The translations under genes and the position numbers were made by a program. A DNA stretch of 64,000 bases from an uncultured Gemmatimonadaceae bacterium. GTDB lineage: Bacteria > Gemmatimonadota > Gemmatimonadetes > Gemmatimonadales > Gemmatimonadaceae. The notes beneath the pieces were generated by a model. That model was given only the letters and a program-made list of their open reading frames with translations. It had not been told where the DNA came from and searched no databases. The stretch lies in contig CAVVTZ010000011.1 in the NCBI GenBank assembly GCA_963751275.1, forward strand, positions 359,529 to 423,528. The letters are read 5' to 3'. Every line of letters begins with the position of its first letter. Position 1 is the stretch's first letter. Positions 33,435 to 44,033 of the stretch are shown here, piece by piece.

Positions 33435-34391
33435 TCAGCCTCGGGCCAGATTCGCGAGAGACGCGATGAACTCCGGGCGGTCCTCGACGGCGGCCACGCG
33501 AAGTAGGGATTCTCCCCCGGCCTCCGTAAAGGATTCCCTGCCACGAATCCCGATCTCTTCGATGGTCTCGAGGCCATCGGTGAGGAATCCGGGGGTGATC
33601 ACGGCCACGCGGCGCACTCCGCGGCGCGGCAATTCCTCGAGCACCGTGGCCGTCGCGGGGGTGAGCCACGGCTCGGGACCGAATTTCGACTGGTACGCGT
33701 GCGTCGCACGATCCGCCGGCCACTCGAGCGCGGCGAGCAGCGCGCGCGTGGTCGCTTCACAGTCGGTGGTGTAGGTGCGGCGTTCGCGGCGATCGTAGCG
33801 CACGGGGATGCCGTGGTACGAGAGCACGAGATGGTCGGGTGGCGCGTCCGCACGCGCGAGTGTCTCGCGCCAGACGGCGGTCATCGCGCGCACGTATCCG
33901 CCTTCATCCGCGGGAATGACGCGCTCCACCACGCGCGATGCGATGCCCGCGCGCGCGGCGGCTTCCCGCGCGCGCTGGAACGCGGTGCCCGTCGTCGCGT
34001 CGGTCCGGTGCGGGAAGAGCGGGACCACGACGATGGGGCCGGTGGTCTCGCGCGCGAGCCGCGTCATTTCGCGGTCGAGCGACGGTTCACCATAGCGGTA
34101 GGCCGCGCTCACCGTGAAGCGGCCGTCCGCGATCGCGCGCACGGCCGCGACCATGTTCTCCGTTCCCACGCGCAGCGGCGAGCCACCCGCCTGCCAGATC
34201 GAGGCATACTGCTCGGCGACGCGCGCCGGCCGGCTGCGCAGGACCATCGTGCGCAGGATCGGCTGCCAGAGCCAGCGCGGCAGATCGACCACCGAGGGGT
34301 CGCTCAGGAACTCGTCGAGGAACTCGCGCACCGCCTCGGCCGTGGGCGCGGTGGGCGTGCCGAGGTTCACCAGCAATAGGTGTGGCGTCAT
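33435..34391 (-). CDS. hemH: Ferrochelatase
   Basis: MTPHLLLVNLGTPTAPT...FLSDP...LSYHGIP...QSKFGPEPWLTP...VITPGFLTDGLETIEEI. An alternative GTG start lies at 34430. Confidence 0.9.
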   Translation of the reverse strand: MTPHLLLVNLGTPTAPTAEAVREFLDEFLSDPSVVDLPRWLWQPILRTMVLRSRPARVAEQYASIWQAGGSPLRVGTENMVAAVRAIADGRFTVSAAYRYGEPSLDREMTRLARETTGPIVVVPLFPHRTDATTGTAFQRAREAAARAGIASRVVERVIPADEGGYVRAMTAVWRETLARADAPPDHLVLSYHGIPVRYDRRERRTYTTDCEATTRALLAALEWPADRATHAYQSKFGPEPWLTPATATVLEELPRRGVRRVAVITPGFLTDGLETIEEIGIRGRESFTEAGGESLLRVAAVEDRPEFIASLANLARG

Positions 34392-34437
34392 ACCGTGACG
34401 ATAAGGGGGACCGGCGGCACGCTGTGTCACAGTCCTG

Positions 34438-35259
34438 TCATCGCGCCGCTCCCTCGAACTGCGCGGTGTACGCCCGCACCCGCTCGAGATAGTCGCGCGC
34501 CTCGGTGCTGTCCCCGCCGAGTTCGGCCAGATGGTCCGTCCACGCGGCTCCGTGCTTCTTCACGAGATCGTGCACGCGGATGTAGCCGCGGTTGTAGCAC
34601 ACCGTGACGAGATCGATGAGCTGCGACTCGGTGAGCGGCGCACCGCCGTTGATCCGCTTCCGGGCGAACGAGCCGTAGCCCCCGGGCCAGAAATCGGTGG
34701 ACCATTTGTTCTCGAGCAGCCGGATCCAGAAGACCGCGGCGCGCGCGGCGTGATCAGGGGCGAAGAGATACTCGTTTCGCGACGTGACCGCACCGGCGCG
34801 CAGCAACGAATCGATGGCCGTGGCCGTGGGCGAACCCGCGTGCACGAGTGGCGACCGCGGCCACGCGGTGACCTCGGGCGCCATCCAATGGAAGTGATAC
34901 TCCGTGACCATGAGCCGGAGGTCGGCATCGGTGCGCGCCGTGAGTTGCGCGATCCCGAGCGCCGGCGCCGCCGAGACCGCGAGTGTGTCACCGGCGCTCT
35001 CCTTCACGAGGAGGGCGATGACGTAGCCGGGATCGATGCCGAGCCGCGGATCGCGCCCCCATCGCTCCACGAGCGGCGCGATGCGGCGCATGACGAACTC
35101 GTAGTTCCCCGCACTCGCGATGCGCAGGCTGCCGTTCGCATTGCGCACGGAGTCGCGCGGCACCGCCGCCACGCGCGACGCCGAGTCGGCATGGAAGCGC
35201 AGTCCTTGCGCGGACAAGGACGTCGGAACCAGGAGGGATACGAGCAGCAGAACACGCAT
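34438..35259 (-). CDS. Secreted lytic transglycosylase (SLT-domain) protein
   Basis: A signal peptide (MRVLLLVSLLVPTSLSAQG) is followed by the catalytic Glu motif LLVKESAGDTLAVSAAPALGIAQLT, and YNRGY occurs later. Confidence 0.65.
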   Translation of the reverse strand: MRVLLLVSLLVPTSLSAQGLRFHADSASRVAAVPRDSVRNANGSLRIASAGNYEFVMRRIAPLVERWGRDPRLGIDPGYVIALLVKESAGDTLAVSAAPALGIAQLTARTDADLRLMVTEYHFHWMAPEVTAWPRSPLVHAGSPTATAIDSLLRAGAVTSRNEYLFAPDHAARAAVFWIRLLENKWSTDFWPGGYGSFARKRINGGAPLTESQLIDLVTVCYNRGYIRVHDLVKKHGAAWTDHLAELGGDSTEARDYLERVRAYTAQFEGAAR

Positions 35260-35382
35260 CGTGCACTCAATCTATCAGTGTGGTCATCATGCAAATCATG
35301 TGCATCCTGTCAAAAGGCCGTTGCAGGTCTGGCCCAAGAACTGCTTTGACAGGATGAGCATGATCAACAAGATGGGTACAAT

Positions 35383-35414
35383 GAAGCGGGCCCGGCTTTC
35401 GCCGGGCCCGCTTC
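35383..35414 (-). terminator. Stem-loop downstream of groEL (probable terminator)
   Basis: A perfect 14-bp GC-rich stem (gaagcgggcccggc / gccgggcccgcttc) with a 4-nt loop, 42 nt after the groEL stop. The downstream U-tract is weak. Confidence 0.55.
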
Positions 35415-35455
35415 GGCCGTATCTAACGTCCAACGCCCAACGTCTGGGAGTTGGT

Positions 35456-37120
<1,665 letters not shown>

Positions 37121-37134
37121 TTAGTTGGTGCGGA

Positions 37135-37440
37135 TCAAACGATCGCGAGGACGTCGCTCTCGCGCAGGATCAGATACTGCTCGTTGTCGAGGGTGACCTC
37201 GGTGCCGCTGTACTTCCCGTAGAGCACCTTGTCGCCGACCTTGACCTCCATCGGCACGCGCTTGTCCTTCTCATAGCGGCCGGGACCGGCGGCGACGATC
37301 TCGCCGACCTGCGGCTTCTCCTTGGCGGTATCGGGGATGTAGAGTCCGCCGCGCATCGACTCGGCTTCCTCCATTGGCCGTACCACAACACGATCTGCGA
37401 GCGGATTGACCTTCACCGCATGCGCGCTCTTCGTGGCCAT
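37135..37440 (-). CDS. groES: Co-chaperonin GroES
   Basis: 101 aa, [19 protein letters not shown]...[23 protein letters not shown]. The RBS GGAGGAGG lies upstream. Confidence 0.97.
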   Translation of the reverse strand: MATKSAHAVKVNPLADRVVVRPMEEAESMRGGLYIPDTAKEKPQVGEIVAAGPGRYEKDKRVPMEVKVGDKVLYGKYSGTEVTLDNEQYLILRESDVLAIV

Positions 37441-37500
37441 ATCGCTGGTCCTCCTCCGTATGGGTTCAACAGGAAGTGATAGATATAGTAGTGCGCCTTC

Positions 37501-37527
37501 TTAGCACTCACCTGCCCTGAGTGCTAG
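37501..37527 (-). promoter_or_regulatory. CIRCE operator (HrcA binding site) of groESL
   Basis: TTAGCACTC-N9-GAGTGCTAG matches the consensus TTAGCACTC-N9-GAGTGCTAA at 17/18 positions. It lies 60 nt upstream of the groES ATG. Confidence 0.88.
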
Positions 37528-37533
37528 CACCTC

Positions 37534-37562
37534 AATCTATCGGATCGCGAAGCGCATCGCAA
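37534..37562 (-). promoter_or_regulatory. Putative sigma-70-type groESL promoter
   Basis: The minus strand reads TTGCGA-N17-TAGATT, ending 6 nt upstream of CIRCE. This is the classic promoter-CIRCE arrangement. Hexamer match only, with no experimental support. Confidence 0.45.
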
Positions 37563-37719
37563 CACTCGATCCGGTAACGAGCGACATGTGTGAAGTCACG
37601 GGAATGTGACGCCGTAACTAATTGTTATATAAGTTGTTGCAGTTATCAACAAATTCTGCACTCGACCGGGCGAAAGGGACTTATGCGCCACGCGGGGCAA
37701 GCCGCGCCATCCGCGCCCT

Positions 37720-37799
37720 CCGCGTGATCCGCGTGCAAGCAGTTGCACTTCTGGCGGAGTGCCGAGATCACCACAACTGCTTCCACGCGGATCACGCGG
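37720..37799. repeat. Long GC-rich hairpin (26-bp arms, 1 mismatch, 28-nt loop) between the UbiA gene and the groESL promoter
   Basis: ccgcgtgatccgcgtgcaagcagttg (37720-37745) pairs with caactgcttccacgcggatcacgcgg (37774-37799). No U-tract follows on either strand. Confidence 0.7.
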
Positions 37800-37890
37800 A
37801 ATAGCGCTGAACACGCGGATCGGCCCGCGATGCGAATTGGCGCCACAAGGCGCGGCAAGTTTCGATTTCTTGGCTAACTGCGAACCACCG

Positions 37891-38799
37891 TCAGATCGCG
37901 AACGCGGCAATGACGGCGATATCGGTGATCGCCCAGGCGACGAGGGCGGCGTACATGCCCTTCTGATGCTCGGCGGGGGTCATGCGCTGGTGCGCGGCGA
38001 GCCAAGGGAACAGCACGGCGCTCCATGACGCGGCGGCGATCGCGAGGCCGAGCCACTGCCACAACGCGATGTGCGTTTGGGCGGCGGCCCAGGTCAGCAT
38101 CGCGAAGGCGACCACGGCCGCGCCGGCGGCGACGATGAGGCTGCCGCGCATGCCGAGCATCAAGGCGAGTGTCCGGTCGCCTCGGCGCGTGTCCTCATCG
38201 AACTGATATAGCTGCGTGAGCGGATAGAGCGACGCAAAGAGCGCGCAGAAACTCCACAGCACCACCGCCATCACGCCGGGCAGCGGGCGGCCGGTGATCG
38301 CCCAGCCCGCGTACGGCGTGAGCGTGCCGAAGCCGATCATGTTGATCAGCCAGTCGGCGCCGGCCACCGCCTTCAATCGAACCGGGGGCACCGAATACAC
38401 GAGCGACATCACGAAGCACGCCGCGTACGCGAGCGCGAAACCCACCGGCAGCGCGAAGGCGAGCACCTGCCCCGCCGCCATCATCGCCAGCGCGAAGGGC
38501 GCGAGCCGCGCCGGGGCCGGCGGCGGCGCATCGAGATAGCCGATGTCCCCTTCGTCCTTGTCGAAGGCGCTGTTGATCGCGAGCGTGCCGCCATTCCCCA
38601 GGATCACCCAGATGAGCAGCCCGGCGATGAGCGAGCCGAGTTGCTCGCCATGGAGCACGCCGCTCACGCCCACCGCCAGAATGAATCCCAGCGCCGTGTG
38701 CGCGGCCATGATCGGCCACTCGGCAGGGCGCAAATGCAGCACATAGCTGAACGCGTCGCCCGGCAGCAGGCGGTAGCCCAGATCGCGCACCCGCTTCAC
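37891..38799 (-). CDS. UbiA-family prenyltransferase (membrane), substrate unknown
   Basis: 302 aa from the GTG at 38799 (GTGA overlap with coaX). It has about 8 TM segments and Asp-rich motifs (NSAFDKDEGDIGY, YQFDEDTRRGDRT) typical of the UbiA superfamily. Confidence 0.7.
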   Translation of the reverse strand: MKRVRDLGYRLLPGDAFSYVLHLRPAEWPIMAAHTALGFILAVGVSGVLHGEQLGSLIAGLLIWVILGNGGTLAINSAFDKDEGDIGYLDAPPPAPARLAPFALAMMAAGQVLAFALPVGFALAYAACFVMSLVYSVPPVRLKAVAGADWLINMIGFGTLTPYAGWAITGRPLPGVMAVVLWSFCALFASLYPLTQLYQFDEDTRRGDRTLALMLGMRGSLIVAAGAAVVAFAMLTWAAAQTHIALWQWLGLAIAAASWSAVLFPWLAAHQRMTPAEHQKGMYAALVAWAITDIAVIAAFAI

Positions 38800-39581
38800 G
38801 CGCGCGTACCGCCTTCGAGCAGCGTGTACGCGATCTGCAGGCCGTACAGCGTGAGGAACGGCTCCACGACTTCGATCTGCTCCGAGAGCGGCGCGATCAC
38901 CTCGGCGAGTCCACCGGTGGCGACCACCTTCGGGACGCGCCCGCCCGGCCACTCCTTCTTCAGGCGGCGCACGAGGCCGTCGATCATCTCCGCGGTGCCG
39001 AGCATCACACCGGCACGAATACACTCCTCCGTGCGGCGGCCGAGCGCGCGCTTGGGCGGCACGAGTTCCGTGGCCGGGAGCTTCGAGGTGCGGCGGATGA
39101 GCGTGTCCGCCGATGTGCGCAGACCAGGCGCGATGATCCCGCCGAGGAAGACGCCCTCGGCGGTGATGCAGTCGTAGGTCGTGGCAGTGCCCAGGTCAAC
39201 GACAATGGTGTCGGTCTTGTAGAGGCGGCTCGCCGCGAGCGTGTTGATGAGGCGGTCCGCACCCACGGTGGCGGGCTCCTCCACGTCGAGCACGATCGGG
39301 AGCCCCGACGAGGCGTCGACGATCCGCGGCGATGTGCCGAAGAGCGCGCGACAACCGTCGGCCAGCGGCCCGGTGACGGCGGGCACCACCGAGCCGATCG
39401 CCGAGCCCGTGATCGCGGCGCGCTTCACGTCGCGGTAGCGCAGCAGTCCATCGAGCATCATCGCGCATTCATCGGGCGTGCGCGACGCATCGGTGTTGGT
39501 GCGCCAATGCGCCTCCAGGCGCGCGCCATCGAAGAGACCGATGGTGGTCTCGGTGTTGCCCACATCGAAGACGAGTATCAC
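38796..39581 (-). CDS. coaX: Type III pantothenate kinase
   Basis: VILVFDVGNTETTIGLF...VGADRLIN...VVDLGTATTYD...GGIIAPG...ATGGLA. GTGA overlap with birA. Confidence 0.9.
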   Translation of the reverse strand: MILVFDVGNTETTIGLFDGARLEAHWRTNTDASRTPDECAMMLDGLLRYRDVKRAAITGSAIGSVVPAVTGPLADGCRALFGTSPRIVDASSGLPIVLDVEEPATVGADRLINTLAASRLYKTDTIVVDLGTATTYDCITAEGVFLGGIIAPGLRTSADTLIRRTSKLPATELVPPKRALGRRTEECIRAGVMLGTAEMIDGLVRRLKKEWPGGRVPKVVATGGLAEVIAPLSEQIEVVEPFLTLYGLQIAYTLLEGGTRA

Positions 39582-40337
39582 GCTGTTCCCTCCGCAAGGA
39601 CGAGCGATCCGCTGCGGCACGCGGTGGTGCCGGCCGCGGTGGTGATGAGGAGCGCGCCGTTGGCATCGATCCCCGCCACCGAACCGACGGCCGGCTCGGT
39701 GCACTGACGTCCGCGCGCGAGGTCGCGTGCCGCGAATTCGGTGAGTTCCTTCGGCGAGAGCGGTCCCGTGGCCGCGGCGGCCGCGCGCAGCGCGGGAATG
39801 AGCTCCGCGAGCACTTCCACGCGCGACGTGCCGCCGCGGAGCGCGGCGGCCGGCAGCGCGCGCGGCGCCAGGAGATTGATGCCGATCCCGATGGCGACCC
39901 ACTCGAGCTTCTCCTCGCGCCAGCGCGCTTCCACGAGCACGCCGGCGAGCTTCTCGCCGCCCACGTACAGATCGTTGGGCCACTTGAGCTGCACCGGCGA
40001 TGTGGTGAACCGGTCGAGCACGCGCGCGGCCTTGAGGCCCGACGCGCAGTGACAGGAGCTCGATCGCCTTCGGGTCGCGCGGGCGCTCGAGCAGCGTCAC
40101 CAGGATCCCGGCGCCGGCGGCCGAGGTCCAGGTGCGGCCGCCGCGTCCGCGCCCGGCTGTCTGTTCCTCCGCGAGGATCAGGGTCCCCGCGGGCGCGCCG
40201 GATTCCGCGATCGCGTGCGCGACATCGAGGGTGGACGTCACCGAGTCGTAGACCTCCACGCGCGGCAGATCGAGCAGCTGCATGAGCGAGGCGCCCGCGC
40301 GGCCGTCGTAGGTGTCATTCGCGCCGACGCGCGACAT
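39578..40337 (-). pseudogene. birA: Biotin--[acetyl-CoA-carboxylase] ligase, one frame shift
   Basis: The N-terminus (TLILAEEQTAGRGRGGRTW) is in ORF 38796..40415. The continuation (KWPNDLYVGGEKLAGVLVE...IGIGINL) is in ORF 39578..40021. The switch is near 40035. Confidence 0.85.
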
Positions 40338-40347
40338 GCCGCGCTGA

Positions 40348-41151
40348 TCAACCACGGTAGGCCACGAGCGCGAGCACGGCCGCGCCGAGCACGAGCCGGT
40401 AGAGGGCGAAGACACCGAAGCTGTTGCGCGTCACGAAGCGTAGCAGCACGGCGATCGCGAACCACCCGCTCACCGCCGCGGCGGTCACGCCCACGAGCAG
40501 CGGCATCGCGAGCGCGTGCTCGTGCAGCAGGTGCGGCACCTTGAACAGCGCCGCCGCGGCGATGATCGGCATGCTCATGAGGAAGCTGAAGGTCGCGGCG
40601 CTCTCGCGGTCGAGGTCGAGCGCGCGGCCGGCGGTGATCGTCGAGCCGGACCGGGATACGCCGGGGATGATCGCGAACATCTGCGCGGCGCCGATCAGCA
40701 GCGCGTCGCGGCCGCGGATGTCGCCGATCGTGCGCGTCTCGGGCGCCGCGCGGTCCACCACCCAGAGGATCACGCCCATCACCATCGTCGCGCCCGCGAT
40801 CAACGCCGGCGCACGGAACGCGTGCTCGGCGTACTTGTCGAGGAAGACGCCCGCAATGCCGCCGGGGATCGTCGCGATGATCAGGAAGAGCACGCGGCGC
40901 TCTTCCGGCGTCACGATCTTCCGGGTGCGCACGATGTTCAGCGCGGCGCGCGCGAGCCGCATCCACTCGGCGCGGAAGTAGCCGAGGACGGCCACGAGCG
41001 TGCCGAGGTGGAGCGCGACGTCGAAGGAGAGTCCCGGCTCGGGCCAGCCGAAGACCCACGGCGCGAGCGCCAAATGCGCGGAGCTGCTGATCGGCAGGAA
41101 CTCGGCGAGGCCTTGGAGAATGCCGAGGACGAAGGCCTGGAAGAGGGTCAT
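40348..41151 (-). CDS. uppP: Undecaprenyl-diphosphate phosphatase
   Basis: 267 aa and intact, GILQGLAEFLPISSSAHL...PGVSRSGSTI. Confidence 0.93.
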   Translation of the reverse strand: MTLFQAFVLGILQGLAEFLPISSSAHLALAPWVFGWPEPGLSFDVALHLGTLVAVLGYFRAEWMRLARAALNIVRTRKIVTPEERRVLFLIIATIPGGIAGVFLDKYAEHAFRAPALIAGATMVMGVILWVVDRAAPETRTIGDIRGRDALLIGAAQMFAIIPGVSRSGSTITAGRALDLDRESAATFSFLMSMPIIAAAALFKVPHLLHEHALAMPLLVGVTAAAVSGWFAIAVLLRFVTRNSFGVFALYRLVLGAAVLALVAYRG

Positions 41152-41181
41152 CGCGAGGGGAACGAGTGGGGCGGCAAGGAA

Positions 41182-41988
41182 TCAGATCCGAGCGATCACG
41201 AACGCGAGCATCGTGCAGACCATCGCCGCCTTGAGCGCGCGGGGCGCACCGGGCAGCCCGCGCATCGAGCGCGCCGCGCCGATCGCCGTCAGCAGGAGCG
41301 CCGGCAGGATCAGCCATTCGAGCCGCGGCAGTGCGCGCGCGACGGGGATAATCTGCACCGCGAACGCGAGCGAGCGCGACGACGATCAGCGTTCGAGCCA
41401 CCGGAAGGCCCCCACCGGATGGGGACAGTGCGTCTATGACCGGTGTCGCCGGGCATGTCATCAATGTCCTTCGCGATCTCGCGCGCGAAGTGCATTGGCG
41501 ACGGCGATCGCGACCAGCACGAGACCCGCGGTCGGATTGCGCACAGCCCACGCACCGTATAGGAATGGCAGCGAGGCGAGGGCCGCGACGATGATGTTCC
41601 CCGGCAGCCCGTTCGCTTTGGATCGGACGTTGTACTCCAGGATGAGCCAGTAGACGGCGCAACTCACGAGAGCGAGCCAGGAGTTCACGAAGGCGCTGAG
41701 GAGACTTCCGAGCACGCCGCCGCCGATGCCGATCTTGAGGGCGACGACTGGGTCGACCCGCCCGGACGGTAATGGACGAGATGGATGCGCTCGCTGGTCG
41801 ATCGCCCGATCGAATGCATCATTCATCGCGTTCGCACCGACCGTGAAGCAGATCGCCGCGAGCGCCGCGAAGGTCACCGGAACGGAATGCCCCCACCCTG
41901 CCCACCACGCGCCCACGAACACGCCCGCCGCCGCGATGAGGCAGTTCTGCCAGCGCGCCAGCTCGAAGTACGCGCTAACCGAGGACAC
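41182..41988 (-). pseudogene. Second UbiA-family prenyltransferase (DGGGP-synthase-like), about 3 frame shifts in the 3' third
   Basis: ARWQNCLIAAAGVFVG...NAMNDAFDRAIDQRAHPSRPLPSGRV (first Asp motif) is in ORF 41461..42048. The second motif, HFAREIAKDIDDMPGDTGHRRT, is in ORF 41310..41555. My own translation gives the C-terminal TM region LAFAVQIIPVARALP...MLAFVIARI* ending at 41182. Confidence 0.65.
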
Positions 41989-43103
41989 CTTCGTAGAAGC
42001 GCTCGTATTGCGCGACGATCTCGTCCTGTCCGAAGCGCGCCCGCGCATCGGCCGCCGCGGCGGCGCTCATCGATTCCCACTTCGCGCGGTCTCCAAGGAT
42101 CGCGACCGCGGCGGCCGCCATCCCTTCCACATCGCCCGCCGGCCGCAGCGAACCCGTCACGCCGTCGCGCACGACCTCGGGCAGTCCGCCCGCGTTCGAG
42201 CACACCACCGGCACGCCGCACGCGAGCGCCTCGAGCGCCGACAAGCCGAAGGATTCATTCTCGCTCGGCAGCAGGAAGAGGTCGGCGCTCGCGAGCAGCG
42301 GCGCCACGGCGTCGAGCTTGCCCAGGAAATACACGTGCTCGGCGACGCCGAGGTCGCGCGCCTCCTGCTCGGCGGCGCCGCGATCCGGACCGTCGCCCAC
42401 CATCACGAGCGCGGAGGGCAGCTCGCGCTGCACGCGCGCGAAGATCCGCACGATGTCGCGCACGCGCTTCACCGGCCGGAAGTTCGACACGTGGATCATG
42501 ATCTTCCGCTTGTTGCCGACCTGCTCGCGGAGCAGCGGCGGATAGAGTGCGCGGTCGTAGACGGCCGGATCGACGAAGTTCGGGATCACCTCCACCGCGC
42601 ACGTCGAGCAGCCGAACGCCGTGTACGTCTCCTTGCGCAGATACTCGGACACCGCGGAGAGTCCGTCCGACCGCTCGATGGAGAACTTCGTGATCGGTTG
42701 GAAGGAGGGGTCCTGCCCCACGAGCGTGATGTCGGTGCCGTGGAGCGTCGTGATGATGCGCACGCTCTGGTCCTGGTCCTCGAGCATCTCGCGCGCGATC
42801 CACGCGCTGGTCGCGTGCGGGATCGCGTAGTGCGCGTGGATCAGCTGCAGCCCGTGGTCGCGCACCACCTCGTGCATCCGCACCGCGAGCGCGAGGTCGT
42901 ACGGCGGATACTCGAAGAGCGGGTAGCGCAGCACGTCCACTTCGTGGAAGAACACGCGCGGCAGGAAGCGACGGCAGCCGGAAGGGCTGCTTGTACGTGA
43001 TGAAGTGCACTTCGTGGCCGCGCGCCGCGAGCGCGATGCCCAGCTCGGTCGCGACGGCACCGGAGCCGCCGTAGGTCGGATAACAGGTGATGGCGAGCTT
43101 CAC
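41975..43103 (-). pseudogene. bshA: GT4 glycosyltransferase, BshA-like (N-acetyl-alpha-D-glucosaminyl L-malate synthase), one frame shift
   Basis: [22 protein letters not shown]...[11 protein letters not shown], then after a shift near 42975 [21 protein letters not shown]...HAHYAIPHA...TTLHGTDIT...[10 protein letters not shown]...[30 protein letters not shown] lies upstream of the GTG at 43103. Confidence 0.75.
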
Positions 43104-44033
43104 GCGCTGGATCCTCCTGTATCGTTCGCATCCCACCAGGCCAGCGCGCGCTCGAGCACATCCTCGCTGCGCGGGTCGATCCGGGTGACATCCTGGTCCG
43201 CGATCTGATGCCGGAACCAGGTGCGCTGCCGCTTCGCGTACTGCCGCGTGGCGATGGTCACGAGCGCCATCGCTTCCTCGGCGTCGATCGCGCCCGCGGG
43301 CCACGTCACGAATCACCGCATAGCCCGTCGCGTTCCAGGCGGGCGCGTCCTCGGGCACGTGCTCCAGCAGCGCCGCGACCTCGTCCACCCAGCCGCGCTC
43401 GAACATCCCCTCCACGCGGTCCGCGATCCAGTCGCGCAGCACGACGCCGGGATCCAGGACAAGATACCGCGCCGGGACGGCGTTCGCCCCGGCGCCGCTC
43501 TCGCCATGCCATTCGGAGATCGGCTTGCCCGTGAGCGTCGCGACCTCGATCGCGCGGAGCAGCTGCGCTCGCCCGAGGTGGGCGCGCGCCGGGTCGAGCT
43601 GCTCGACGCGGCGCCGCAGTTCGGCGGTGCCGAGTTTGGCCAACTCGCCGGCGAGCACGGCGCGCGCCTCGGGATCCAGCGGCGGCTCCTCGAAGAGCGG
43701 CGCCGCGAGCGCCCGCACGTAGAAGCCGGTGCCGCCCACCACCACCGGCGTGCGGACGGCCGCCTCGCTCTCCGCGATCCAATCGCGCGCCGCCGCGGCC
43801 CAGGCGGCCGCCGAGAATCGCTCGGCGGGATCCACGATGTCGATCCCGCGGTGCGGGATGAGTGTCATCTCTTCGGCGGTCGGCTTCGCGGTGCCGATGT
43901 CGAATCCGCGGTAGATCTGCCGCGAATCGGCGCTGAGGACCGTGATGTCGCGATGCGCCGCGATCGCCACCGCGAGCGCGGACTTCCCCGCCCCGGTCGG
44001 GCCGCAGATGATGCGCAGCTTACTGCCGGCCAA
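43100..44033 (-). pseudogene. miaA: tRNA dimethylallyltransferase, one frame shift
   Basis: [15 protein letters not shown]...[18 protein letters not shown]...VGGTGFY is in one frame. The C-terminus ([13 protein letters not shown]) is in ORF 43100..43309. The switch is near 43300. The TTG start at 44033 is tentative. Confidence 0.85.
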
